Shown: one piece after another, positions 1 to 12,435 of the stretch
Numbering within the stretch: the stretch's first letter is position 1
Layout: each line of letters opens with the position of its first letter
Source: Botryllus schlosseri
Taxonomy: Eukaryota
DNA length: 64,000 nt
Direction of reading: 5' to 3'
Assembly: GCA_051294905.1 (NCBI GenBank)
Contig: CM119375.1
Location: 9,548,001 to 9,612,000, forward strand
Program-made: the position numbers and the translations under genes
Notes under the pieces: generated by a model
Told to the model about the DNA's origin: nothing
Seen by the model: the letters and a program-made list of their open reading frames with translations, nothing else
Databases searched by the model: none

Positions 1-143
1 CTCTGTACAGTCGTCTTACACTCAAAACGAAAAGAGAGGACAAATTGCGAAAAAAGAGGACACGTAAACGTTTCTGGGATACATTTAAGTTTTATTGAGA
101 AAGATGATAAGTCCTGTTAAAAGGGGACATATTGTATCCCTGT
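1..143 (+). mobile_element. 3' part of a TAGGGTTACC-family hAT MITE, paralog of 55517-55866
   Basis: Window start aligns in direct orientation with ~55718-55866 (aaagagaggac..., catattgtatcc end), which belongs to an element beginning TAGGGTTACCATA at 55517. Confidence 0.6.
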
Positions 144-919
144 AACTATAGTATGGTATAACCGTGTCTAAACATGAGTTTATTTCAGCCCACTTCTTGT
201 TGTTCATACCCACTGTCCAGTCATCATTGTGCATTGTGTGCAGACTGCAGAGTCATAGTAAATATAAATTGCTCGATACGGGCGGCGTCATGCAATACAA
301 ATATTTGACCCCTGCACACGAGCCACAAGCATTATTATGAAAATTGCATTGCCGTTGAGCATATACTGTAATGTAATTGCATTCGAGGATGGTTAGACCG
401 ATCACGTTTTTTGAGGTTGTTGTACATATTTCTGGAATACTTTGGCAACATGGGCAGCACAGACACCACCTCAGCTCGATATTATCCATTGCATTGAAGC
501 AAAGCAGGTGAGTAAATTACGGTATCCTAATTTCTAGATGCAGTCAAATCATTTATAGGACTTTCATAACATGTCACAACTCATATGGTTGCGGTCTTAC
601 GTTTCCACTTTGGTAATCATCAGAATGGAACAATAATCCTGCTCAGTCGGCCACCACACTTCACATTTTATTTGTTGTTTGAATCACATAACATGTCACG
701 TTTCATTGAAAAAAGATAGCACTTCAAAATGTACTTGATGCAACTTTAGCGCTATATATTATGTGCTTTATGATCTACTTGCTGTAGTATGTGCCCTTTG
801 GATTACTAAATAATCTGACGTTCATGCCAGCCACCGTGCTGTCCTCGAAATGATACTAAAATCGCCTGACGTAGGCTACTCGACGACAGTTAGCCCGTTA
901 ATTCAAAACCAACACAATA

Positions 920-1255
920 TAGGGCTGTTCAAAAAAAACTTTTTTTCCTGAATCTTGCTGGTTACGTGATTAAATCGTTAGGTTGCCTTAAAAAACGACG
1001 CACACCAAATTTGAATTCATTCCAACCAATATTCGCGGATTTCGTAGAGTTTAGAGTAGAGTTGAGTTTACCCAAAAATGCAAAAAAAAATTATCAAATT
1101 TTACTGTCAACCCCATGAAATTGTTGCGCTGTCTTCAAAAACAAAGCAAAACAAATTTGACTCAATTCCAACCCGTAGAAGCCGAGTTATTTGAGTTTTT
1201 CTTTGAAAATTCGGGGATTATTATTGATCGGTGGATAATCCAAGAATTATCATCA
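920..1255 (+). mobile_element. TAGGGCTGTTCAAAAA-family non-autonomous element at the GH31 copy-1 deletion junction
   Basis: Reverse-oriented copies at ~16410-16718 and ~29085-29395. Homology with GH31 copy 2 stops exactly at its start and resumes at its end. Confidence 0.75.
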
Positions 1256-1598
1256 AGGCGCGCAGTGATTCAAAAGTATTGCTAACTTGCATACCAAAAA
1301 CCGTTATCAATATGAACTATTTCTTTCGATGGTAGGAAAGCTTCCTCTGTGAAACTCAATCATGGAACTGATTAATCATATTAGTCTTTTATCAGGGGTT
1401 CTTAACCAGTGTTCCAGGTGCCCCAGGAGTTTCCCATACATTAATGCACAACACCACACACAACTCATAAATATGATTTTTTTATGGATGACACGCCGGT
1501 TTTGGTCACTATTGGGTACAGGGAATGAAGAACTATTCATGCACAGCTCATGCACACTAAGCACATTTCATTTTATACGCCAGTTTAGATGGGTATTG

Positions 1599-1860
1599 AG
1601 AGAGATAGAGAGAGAGATATGATATTCTTTCTCGCCTGCACCATCGAGATGCTTTGGCGACGGAGTTGCGATACGGCCCCATGAGGTCATCTAGTCTGCG
1701 CCCCCGTTTTTTTTCTCCTCCATGCTATCCGTGATTGCTGAGCGCCTAGCAGGATAGCTGCGGATACCATTTTTCGAGTCTTTGGTATGAACCGGCCGGG
1801 GATCGAACCCACGACCTACCGCTCGAGAAGCCGGACGCATAACCATTACACTATCTCTTG
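1599..1860 (-). mobile_element. tRNA-derived SINE with Meta-like central domain and (TC)n tail
   Basis: Minus strand: A box TAGTGTAATGG, B box GGTTCGATCCC, then GGTTCATACCAAAGACTCGAAAAATGGTA...GGCGCTCAGCA, and a (TC)n tail. Absent from the paralogous intron of copy 2 (~61555-61565). A related copy is at 41873-42050. Confidence 0.8.
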
Positions 1861-2945
1861 TGTGGTAGATTTTCGTTTTGATGAAATGTTTCGGCTCTCG
1901 AAGAATTGCAGATTAGCGTACGTGTCACCCGGTCTAGTAAAAGTTAAGAAATAAGTCTTATGTGATAGTTGAAAGCACTGGTGGTGATAATTTAACGGAT
2001 ACCATTTACTTGGCTCATTCGTTTACCCTTTCACGTCGAATGCTGTTTGTCAAATCGGTGCACGCACTTCTGGTGACTCGTGGATTGTCTGATGTGCGTT
2101 GGGAGAAAGGAAATTTTTCGATACAATACAAATTCGTCAGAGAATCTCAAAACGTTTTGTTACAGTGCCTTTATAGTGTCTCAAGTAGATTACTCGAATC
2201 CGGCGGCCGCCAAGTGGTACACGACGCAGTTGGATCGTGCAATTAAGGCCGGATTTCGAGGTTTGGATATTTTAAATACTGTTTACGCTGTTCAAGAGTT
2301 CAAATTATTAACTTGAAATGTTAGTCAGACACAGTTGGTTTCCGTAGCGTTCTGGTGCATGTTGGCCCCTCGCATTCGCAACATGACCATTCGAGACATT
2401 TGATTTCAGCATGTTTATACTGGCTTTAGCAAATAAAACATTTGCTTATTTTAGAAAGGCTTCTTTTAAAAACACTTCAATAAACATATTTTAAACAAGT
2501 GGGTTTCCAACCTCGCATCGTTTTAACTGCAAGCCTACCAACAAGTCGACTTGGTCTTTGTTGTTTTCGTCGTCAAAGTCGAAACTTTTCATCCCCTGTA
2601 TCACACCGAAATGTCGTTGCCTGTTCAGGATGGATGTACGACTATGGAGAATACACACCGCCTGATTCCGTGTCATACGAAGGCCACGATGGGCTTTACA
2701 TGCACAATTTATTTCCTCTGCAGCATCAGAAAACATGTCACGACTATTTGGTGAGCAGATTCGGAAACTGGTGAGTAGCCTGTTGGTATACCTATAGATC
2801 GACGTCAATTCGACATCGAACACGATGCCGCCGAGGTATGGAACTACAACTACACTGCCATCTAGCGAATTTTTCGGTGTCGAATCATATCAGACACTAT
2901 TGTGAACGTAGTGTTACTGTGATTAAAGTACCAAGTACTACAGAC

Positions 2946-3144
2946 CGTTGTGTACCGACTATACGTTCATTGCATGACATATCTAGCTAGGGGGTCTCCC
3001 GTGGATTGCACATGTGACAGTCGGGGAGTCGAGCTGATGCGATACTGAAGTATGCACGGTATTCTGTAAATAGCAATATCTTGAATGTAAAAGACGCGTG
3101 TGTTCACTTGTCTAACTCCTTAGCAAGATAGTAAGGATAGAACA
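2946..3144 (+). repeat. 5' LTR
   Basis: (C/T)GTTGTGTACC...GATAGAACA. Matches 7415-7528 plus 9256-9345 with about 5 substitutions and one 5-nt indel. Confidence 0.95.
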
Positions 3145-3146
3145 AT

Positions 3147-3159
3147 TGGCGACGAGGAT
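3147..3159 (+). promoter_or_regulatory. Primer-binding site
   Basis: TGGCGACGAGGAT, 2 nt after the LTR end. Complementary to the 3' end ...ATCCTCGTCGCCA of tRNA-Ser(GCU) as I recall it. Confidence 0.8.
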
Positions 3160-3225
3160 TAAACTTGCCAAGTCAGTTGGATTACGATTTTGGCGGAAGA
3201 AGAATTGCTGAAGAACAGAGGAACA

Positions 3226-6200
3226 ATGGCTTCAACGGGTAAAGGTTTGTCTTACTTCAATACGAATAAAGCTGCTGGCTGGCCGAGCTGGATTGATAGA
3301 TTTGAGATTTGGATGGTGGCAGAGGGTATTACAGACCCTGGCAAGAAACGTGCAAAACTGCAACTGAGGCCGGCGAAGACGTGTATGGCATACTTAAGAC
3401 CTTGCCTGAGATTGAGGGGGATGAGGATGCGTATGTGAAGACTAAGAAGCAGCTTACGAACTATTTTATCCCGAAGCGGAAAAAAATCTTTGAAAGAGAC
3501 CTCTTCCGGCAAACAAGACAAAATGCTGGTGAGCCCATTCAATCGTACATTACGAGACTGAGGAAATTAGCTGCAACATGTCAGTTTCACAATACCGATG
3601 AAGAGATTGTGCAGCAGATAGTCTCTTGTGGTTGCGATTCTCGTGTTAGAGAGAAGGCACTGCGACGTGACATGTCTTTGCAGCAATTGTACGACTATGC
3701 ACAAAGTCTGGAACAATCAAGGCATCAATCGAGGCAGATTGAAAACCACCACCAAGAAGTGCCTGACGCACAGATGCAGGTAAATGCACAACGTCAAGCA
3801 GTGCCATCCGATGGCGAAAGTATGAACAAGCAGAGAAATTACGCTCACGCCTGTTTCCTATGTCGTAGTACAAAACTTTTTGCTCGGGCGTGCCCGACGT
3901 GCCCGTTCAAAGAAAAAGACTGTTCGTTTTGCGGAAGACGAGGGCACAGTGAGTGAGAAGGCTTGTTGTTCGAAAGATTCGAATCAATCTTATCGAGAAA
4001 CTGCTGGCTCAAGCAGCCAGAATAAAGTGAAAACGCTTGGAAGAGTACGATGACGGTGACTACCTGAATTCTATTGGCAAAGAAGAAAATGCAGATTCTG
4101 CTGATTTGGACTTGGGAGATACAAAGCCCTACTTCATTTATCTGGAAGTCGACAATAAACAGCAAGAGCTTGAATTGGATTGTGGTGCTGCTCTCACAGT
4201 GTATCCACAGCATGTCTTCAGAGAGTTGTGGCCCGATGCCCAACTGAAGGCGTTACCAAGGAAGCTTTATACTTACACGCGGCAACCACTGAAGGTCGCT
4301 GGATATAATATGGATGTGTAGGTAAGATATGGAAACTTTGCTGGATATTTGCCATTGATCGTTGTCGACATGCCCAATTTGTCTGAACGACCGTTGTTGG
4401 GTAGGAATTGGATAAGAAGCATCAAACCGAGTTGGATATCGATTGACAAAGTCGATGTACAGGCTGGAAAGTCTGATATGTATGTACAGCAGCTGCTGAA
4501 GAAATACCCTGGCATATCAACTCCTGGTTTAGGCTGTGCTAAGACGACAGCTAAGCTGGAGGTTAGTGAATCAGTATCTCCGAAGTTTTTCAAAGCTCGT
4601 CCTGTACCGTTAGCTTTGAAGGCTGCATATGATGCGGAGATTGACCGACAGGTCAAGATGGGAGTGCTGAAACCAGTGAAAACTGCAGATTGGGCTGCGC
4701 CAGTGGTTACAGTTGTGAAGTCTGATGGAAAGTCAGTGCGCTTGTGTGGGAGTGATGATCTTACAGTGAACAAAGCAAGTAAACTTGAACAGTATCCGCT
4801 ACCGAAAGTGGATGAACTGCTTACGACATTTGCTGATGGACAGAAATTCTCTGTTATTGACTTGAAGGAAGCTTATCTTCAGTTACCCTTGGCAGAAGAG
4901 AGTCAGAAGTACACCGTGATCAATACTGCTAAGGGGTTGTTTTCAACAAATCGTCTGGTATACGGAATATCCAGTGCTCCAGCGATATTTCAGCGGTATT
5001 TGGAAACACTGCTGAGTGGATTACCCCATGTGGGAGTTTTTCTGGATGATATTGGAGTCACAGGAAAAGACGATGCTGAGCACATGGCGAATTTGGAAGA
5101 AGTATTCAGACGATTGGAAGATGAAGGCTTGAAGATCAACACAGAGAAGTGTAAATGGATGGCTCCAGAGATCAAGTATCTGGGCTACAGAATTAGCAAA
5201 GATGGAGTGAGTCCGACCGAGGATAACTTGAAAGCAGTACTTGAGGCGCCAGAGCCTGAAAATGTTGCACAAGTACGATCCTATCTGGGATTGCTGAATT
5301 ATTATGGAAAGTTCATCAAGAACCTTTCGACGATTGCAGCACCTTTATACAGGCTGTTACGTGGTGATGTTAAATGGACTTGGGGCAAGGAAGAAAGAGA
5401 CGCTTTTGCTTCTACAAAGAAGTGCTTGTGTCGAGCGCCAGTCCTCGCTCATTTTGATATGAGTGCCGCAGTTATCGTTTCCGCAGATGCTTCGCCGTAT
5501 GGGGTTGGCGCGGTTTTGTCGATCGTTACTGATGGTGAAGAGGAAAGACCCGTTGCGTATGGCTCACGTTCCCTGACAAAGGCAGAACGCAATTATAGTC
5601 ATTTGGACCGAGAAGCGTTGGCATTGGTTTTTGCTGTGAAAAAGTTTCATTCATTCCTTTATGGAAGATCGTTTGCCCTTGTGACTGATCACAAACCTCT
5701 ATTGGGTTTGCTGGGCAAGGAAAAACCTCTTCCGGATAACGCATCTCCTCGGTTGATACGATGGAAAGTTCTACTTGATGGGCACGAGTACAAATTGGTT
5801 TATAAGCCAGGAGTCCAGCAAGCCAACAGCGATGCGTTGAGTAGACTGCCGCTGCCGGTGAATGGTAAAACAGAGCCATGTGGAGAAGTCGTGAAGTTGT
5901 TGTCAACTATGGATGCTCAGTTGATCAAGGCGGAAACCTTGCGAGCCTGTACGATGAAAGATCCTGTGTTGTCAGCAGCTGTGTCTTACAGCCAGAGAGG
6001 CTGGCCAAAAGCCTCGGACTCGGAATTTGAGTTGCATCCGTACAGAAATAAAGAAGCAGAACTGAGTGTTCATGAGGGATGTCTGTTTTGGGAGGCATAG
6101 TCGTTGTTCCTTCTCGATGCAGAAATGAGATGTTGATTCTGATGCATGATGGTCATCCTGGAATTTGTGCTATGAAGAAGATTGCACGCAGTTACGTGTG

Positions 6201-7270
6201 GTGGCCTGGATTAGATGCAGATATTGAAGATTTTGTGAAAAGCTGCAACCAGTGTCAACAGCTGAAACCGCAAGCTGCCAAGGTTCCTATGAGCTCATGG
6301 TCATACCCTGATGCGGTTTGGGAAAGAATTCATTTGGATTATTGTGGTCCGGTAGATGGGAAAATGCTGTTGATAGCGGTGGATGCATACAGCAAATGGC
6401 CGGAAGTTTATATAACAAATGGTGTTACCGCAGAAGAGGCTATTAACAGTATGCGAGGTGGTTTTGCGGCATTTGGTCTACCTTAAGTATGTGTTACGGA
6501 TAACGCAGGCTGTTTTGCTGGATCTGCATTTGCAGAGTTCATGAAGCTGAATGGGGTAAGGCATCTGTTTTCACCTCCTAGGCACCCTGCTTCTAACGGT
6601 CAGGCAGAGTCCATGGTTAAGCAGTGTAAACTTGGTTTGCAGAAGCAAAAAGCAGCGCCGTTGCAAGTGCGCTTACACCGTTGGCTTTTCCGTTATCGGA
6701 ATACACCTCACAGTTTTACTGGTCAAACGCCATCGGAAATGATGTATGGTCGAAAAATCAGGACTCACCTGGACTTGGCGGTCTCCTCATCTCGGTTTTC
6801 GAAACCAAGTACAATATTTAAACCGAGAGAAAGTCGGGTTTTCAAAGTTGGAGATCCTGTTTACCTTACTGAGATTGTTGGCTCTCGGTACAAATGGCTG
6901 CCTGGTACAGTTATGGCATGTGAAGGTCAATGTTGCAGGATTAAACTGAAAGATGGAAGATTTTTCAGACGACATTTGGATCATATTCGACCTCGCTATA
7001 CAGTCGAAGAAGAACAGGTTGTTCGTGACGAAATTGAAATTGAAGCCATTCCAGAACCGGTAGTGGAAAATGCAGAGAGAAGTTAACGAGTCTACTCCAT
7101 TGGAGTCCAGCAGTTCGAGTGAGGAGAGACAAGTTCCTGTTCCTACCTCGGATCGTGAGATTGAAATGATGAATGACGATGTGCGAGGACCTCCTTCATC
7201 TACTGGTGGCAGTTCTACGGTTACGAGATCGGGCAGGATCTGTAAACCTCCTGAAAGACTGAATCTCTGA
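3226..7270 (+). pseudogene. gag-pol polyprotein with frameshifts and stops
   Basis: Gag (FRQTRQNAGEPIQSYITRLRKLAATCQF, degenerate CCHC knuckles), protease LDCGAALTV, RT (WAAPVVTV, IDLKEAYLQL, FLDDI), RNase H DASPYGVGAVL, integrase HDGHPG..C..C, LDYCGP, TDN, SNGQAE. Split over six ORFs, with an in-frame TAA at 6484-6486. Confidence 0.95.
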
Positions 7271-7399
7271 TTTTTGATCTGGACTTTTTCTTTTCGTATT
7301 AGTTTGTCACCAGTGAGCGGTTTTTTGTGCCTTGTAAATGCTTGCTTGTGTGTTTTTATTTTAATTATTCTCTCTGTTGTTGTGGGTCTCTCATCCATT

Positions 7400-7414
7400 A
7401 AGGGGAGGAGGAGT
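7400..7414 (+). promoter_or_regulatory. Polypurine tract
   Basis: AAGGGGAGGAGGAGT directly before the 3' LTR. Confidence 0.85.
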
Positions 7415-7528
7415 TGTTGTGTACCGACTATACGTTCATTGCATGACATATCTAGCTAGTGGGTCTCCTGTGGATTGCACATGTGACAGTCGGGGAGTTG
7501 AGCTGATGCGATACTGAAGTATGCACGG

Positions 7529-9247
7529 TAGTGCGGGGCGGATCGACAAATTATTTGGTCCGACTCCACTCCGAGGCCGGATACTTGAAATGAGCGATAT
7601 CCAATCCAAAAAACTCCGATAATATTCATGTACGACTAGCTATTTCCAGTTAACTACAAAGGCAGTAGTAGGCAATGGGTTCAAGTTATATTGAAACAAA
7701 AGAAACATGGCATTGAAACTCACAGCTTTGTATGGAATATGAAAACTACACAAACACTACATAAACACTCCCAGGCTGGTATCGAATATAAAAAGACAAG
7801 GTAGGCTACATGGTAACAAAAACTCACAGGTTTGTATGGGATATGAAAACTACACTCACAGGCTGGTATCGAATTAATAATGAAAAGGTATACTATACGC
7901 GGTCAAAGACTTGCAACGAGATATTGCATCAGAAACTTTTTCTACCATGTCAGTATCAGACAGAACTATAGGGCAGTGACTATGCACGGACATCGAGGGC
8001 TGCAACGTGAGGTGCAGGACAGTCGACAACATGTGGCAAGCACATGTCAGTCTCTGATGTGTTGTCAGTGCAGGTCTTATATTGCTTGCGTCATCTGTTA
8101 CAAAATAACAGAAGTCTAGCATAGAGCTAGATAGTCCAATCTCAGTGCAACATTCCTGGATTTTATTTAGCAGATTTACACCTGATTTCTGCTCCTCCAA
8201 CTTTGTTGCAGATATTGCTACAGAGTGCAACTTTTCCTCGCGAATGTAATGGGCTGTCAGTGACATGTAATGTCTGCTTTTGACATCAACCCACATATCC
8301 GTGGTGAGCCCAATCATCCCATATTCGCCAGTAGTCGCTTTCACAATGATAGAAATTTTTTCCTTCTCCAGTGCAGCACGGCTTAGAACTTCCCTTTTAA
8401 CGGTATGTCTGGATGGGATTATTTCTTCTGCATTCATTCGACCATACACCGACCCTATATCCACAAATGTTTGAGCAAGTTCGACAAAATCATCACCCTC
8501 TAAAGATCGGAATGGTCTCAAATCCTTTACAATGAATGATGTGTGGCTGCTTTGAGCAATTGTACCTTGGCCTTAGTCGGAAGCGGAGCAGATTTTTTTT
8601 GTCAGGAAGGATGACATTGAACGTTGGCCCGCTGATGGTATGACTTTCGATACACTGGATCTGGTTTTGATATGAGTGGCTAAATGTGTTGTGCCACTGT
8701 TCTTTCTGTCATGCTTGAATGTCAAACCACAATGCCGGTAGAGAACAAATCCTGAGTAGTCACCGCCCTCCTCACTTCACTGGTGCCAGGGCCAGTTAGC
8801 AAGGCAAAACTCTTCCACACCTCACTTTTATTTCCCTTCACATCAACCGCGTTTGGTTTCCCTTCTTCATACAAGGCTTTTGCTATTTTCGATGATCTTA
8901 TAATACTAGGATTACCAGCCATCTCACTGCTCGCTAAGGAGACCCCGCATCGACCACATACAATGGAAACAAGGATGTTGGAGGTAATAAATGCTTAGTC
9001 ATATAATAAATGCTTCGATTGAATGAGTTAGCATAAATTAGGGTCATGGCTCAGTGATTTTACAGATATGGCTCGGCTATTTTCTCACTGTGGTCGGAAG
9101 TTACTATAGTCATGCTGTGGCCGGATCAAAAATATACTGATCCGGCTCCGGCTCCGGCCGTATCAGAAAAAATACTGATCCGGCCCGACCAAAATTGAAA
9201 AAATCCGGCCGGATATCCGATCCGGCTCCGGTCCATGCTCCGCACTA
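7529..9247 (-). mobile_element. hAT DNA transposon (Hermes/hobo-like), deletion derivative
   Basis: TIRs TAGTGCGG...CCGCACTA, perfect 8-bp TSD ATGCACGG (7521-7528 and 9248-9255), and TCCGG subterminal repeats at 9115-9240. Confidence 0.95.
7874..8922 (-). pseudogene. hAT transposase, C-terminally truncated
   Basis: BED-finger start KSEVWKSF, then KDLRPFRSLEGDDFVELAQTFVDIGSVYG (Hermes-like), GLTTDMW, FVTDDASNI and CACHML. The catalytic Glu region and dimerisation domain are missing, and there is a frameshift and a stop. Confidence 0.9.
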
Positions 9248-11566
9248 ATGCACGGTATTCTGTAAATAGCAATATCTTGAATGTAAAAGACGCGTGTGTT
9301 CACTTGTCTAAATCCTTAGCAAGATAGTAAGGATAGAAGAGAACACAGACATCCTACCAACCTTCACCATTCTTTAGGTTACCTACTGTGAATGTTCCAA
9401 CTTAGTTTTCATCAATTTTGATACATTGCGAGCATGCTATATTTTGCTTTGTGAACGGGTTATATTTTGTTTTAAGTTTCATATTACAACCATCCTTTCA
9501 GGCTGTAGCTGACTTGATGATCCCCCGATCCCTTCGCGACAGCCTGGTTCTGAATTGAATTATATAGACTTTGCTTTTTCATGTAGGCCTATCTATGTAT
9601 TTTCAATGTTCGCGGAACCGAATAAATTCTCTCTCTCTCCCTACCATCAACGTTGGAGAGGTTGCCAGAGATGTTCTATTTAGTCGATTTAGTCGTTTCG
9701 AAAAGTAGCTTTTTAAGCGACTTTTCTACCTATTTCTTAGGGATTTTAGAGATTTATAGCGATATTCGACATCATTTTTAAGGATTTTGGTCCATCCGGA
9801 GGTGGCAACACTGCGAACAGCGAAGGTTTTAGTACAACTATTTGATGGAATGCGCCAGATATATACTATGAAAGACGAGTTATTCTCAATTGAATATTTG
9901 TTAGTCTTAATACTAGGCCGTTTTTCGACTCTATTTTCACATTTCTTGAAAATGATAAGAAACTGCATATGATAGAGCTGAGTGGGGTAACATACTGTTT
10001 ACGACGAGTTTTTGTCTGGTACACAGTCCTATCTGAACATTATGACGCCATCTCAATTCACTACGTCACCATGGGTACGAAAAGTTGTCGGTCCACGGGA
10101 TCGGGTATGCAGGTACGGATATAACGTGAAGTATTCATAGTCTCATACTTCAGGTCATCCAAGTACGCCCCGGATTACGTTTTCTACGTGGGGTCCGGTT
10201 ATATCGGTTCTCAAAAGTACACATGGGCGCATTGGACCGGAGATCCTTCAGCTGATTGGAACAAAGCTAGCGGCTTACCTGTGCAGTTACAGGCTTCATT
10301 GAATTTAGCTAGGCCAAAACAAATGATAGTATTAGTAACCAAAGCTGGTCTGCAATGAAGTACTGGCTCATTTCCCGAGTACTTAACTAAGTACTTGTGA
10401 TGGTACTATAGGTATTCTGACTTATAATGGTATATCAACAGGCATATCCGGCATGCCGTTTTCGGGGTCGGATATCGGTGGCTTCGAATGGTTGACTGGT
10501 CCTGCTCCCAGCATGGAATTATGGGCACGGTGGACTCAATTAGGCTGCTTCAGTGGATTCATGCACGAACAAGGTCGAAAAAAGTCATGTTGAGTTTTCC
10601 TCATCTCGTCTCATACAGTTAGTCTCTAGGTGGAGGTAAAGGCATAGGAGACAAGACCCACATCTTCGACACCACCGTGGGAACGCCAATATGGGGGAAA
10701 TTTGCGAAACTACGGACCCAGCTTTCGCTGTACGCTTACAACGCGGCGCACCAAGCTAGAGATTCGGGCATACCGATCATGAGACATCACATTTTATCTT
10801 ACGAGAAAGATCGCGAAGCCGTGAAACAAGACTACCAGGTGATTAACGCCACCTGTAAACGATACAGAAGGTTCATTCAAATCCCGCCAAGTCTTATTAC
10901 CGTCATTTGTTTTCCGAAACATAGTCTTCTCTAAGTTTCGCTACAACTGATTGAGTGCTAATATATGTCATGCAATCCGACCTGTCATTAAGCAGCACAG
11001 CGCATGCATGGTTTTCATTGAATGCTGGAGACTGTATCGTCTGTACGCACAGTGTCTTGCATTCGACTACAGGCCTATAGAAACATTGATTTTTGTTCTG
11101 TGCTAAATGTTATTTCTCTTTGCATGGTTTATGTTTGGAGATTCCATCTTGGTCGCGCCTGTTGTAGCCGAGGGTGCTACTAAATGGTCGGTGTATCTGC
11201 CAAATATGCCGAATTTGTGGATTGATTTCAACGCTAATAGTAAATACATCGAGAAGGATGGAAGCTTTCGAATTGAATTCACGCGGTATTTACAGGGAGG
11301 AACGTAAGCTTTTAAAGGGCATTATGCCATCAAAGCAGTATGCGTAATTTTTTATTTCTGATTTCTGATTTCATATGCATGTACCATACGAATGGTCGCA
11401 TGTATCCTATTAAGGTGCAGTTTTGTATAATACTACTGTTCAGAAAAAGGTATTTGCTGGTGTCAAAGCCATCTTGTTCGATGTTCCGTGGTGATAATAT
11501 ATAGTATAGCCTCATCGGTAGCTAGAATTCCGACTTACATCTAACACAAAGCTATTAGCTAATAAC

Positions 11567-12435
11567 TAGGGCGGTTTTTTTTGACATGTCAAAATTTGTC
11601 AAAATTTTGTCAAAATTGTAGCGTTAGGTCAAAATTTGTCAAAATTTTTCATAAAGTCAAAAGTTTTTTGCCGTCTGCATTTCGTTCGTATCGTAGATTT
11701 TGCACTGTCGGTGAACTTATCATTTGATATTTTACAGCTTGTAGCCTATTTTATAGGCCTACGGATGTAAACGGCTATTTGTCTGCTCATTGTGAATCAT
11801 AAACGGTCAAATAAAACAAGTAGGTAAACATGGTGTTGGTCAACGTACCGCAACATCCTAACTGAAGAAAGACTTCTTGCGCATCGCATCATTTTTATAT
11901 TAAGAAGCGCTTGATGAAAAATTGTGATGTAGACAACATTGTCAGAATGAAGCAACACGGTTTGTCACCAGCAGTGTACGCACAACTTGAGTGTTGTCAG
12001 CCAACAACTGCTGCTGTTGAACGTCCTTGGCAAACTTCTTAGTAAGGACATGCACTTTCTACCCAAGAATGTAGGAAAGTATTTCTCGTTGTACTACGAA
12101 TTTTTTAAATTTTTTTCACCATAATACATATTGTAACCACTGGAATTCTTCATAGGGCCAGATTTCGTTAAAATATTGGTTTTTCCGTGTAAAATGTTGC
12201 ATGTTTCTAAGCCAAAAACGTTTTTTCATGCCAAACTACTTCGTTAGGATAGTCAGTTCCAACCAGAAATGAAGATAAGTGGTATAATTTTAACATTATG
12301 TGGGAAAACACCTAATTTGCATACGTTAAGTCAAAATTTGGTCAAAATTCATTTTGTTTAGGTCAAAAAAAGTCAAAATTTTAATTTTTTAGGTCAAAAT
12401 TTTCCTTTTTTTAGGTCAAAAAAAAAACCACCCTA
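11567..12435. mobile_element. hAT MITE (TAGGGCGGTTTT family)
   Basis: TIRs TAGGGCGGTTTTTT / AAAAAACCACCCTA, 8-bp TSD CTAATAAC, and GTCAAAATT subterminal repeats. Related copies at ~15631-15775 (partial) and ~54430-55237 (reverse). Confidence 0.9.

Larger units (their letters stand above)
2946..9345 (+). mobile_element. Ty3/Gypsy LTR retrotransposon (Mag-like), degenerate
   Basis: 5-bp TSD CAGAC (2941-2945 and 9346-9350), two ~200-bp LTRs, PBS, PPT, and domain order gag-PR-RT-RNaseH-IN. Confidence 0.97.
7415..9345 (+). repeat. 3' LTR interrupted by a hAT insertion
   Basis: LTR halves at 7415-7528 and 9256-9345 flank the hAT element. Confidence 0.95.

Noticed and set aside
1790-1860. tRNA gene calls here and at 15140-15200 and 41873-41945
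   Set aside because: These have A and B boxes but no complete cloverleaf, and they are followed by repeated SINE bodies and tails.
6787-7449. 220-aa minus-strand ORF as a separate gene
   Set aside because: It is the antisense shadow of the integrase C-terminus and 3' UTR and has no recognisable motif.
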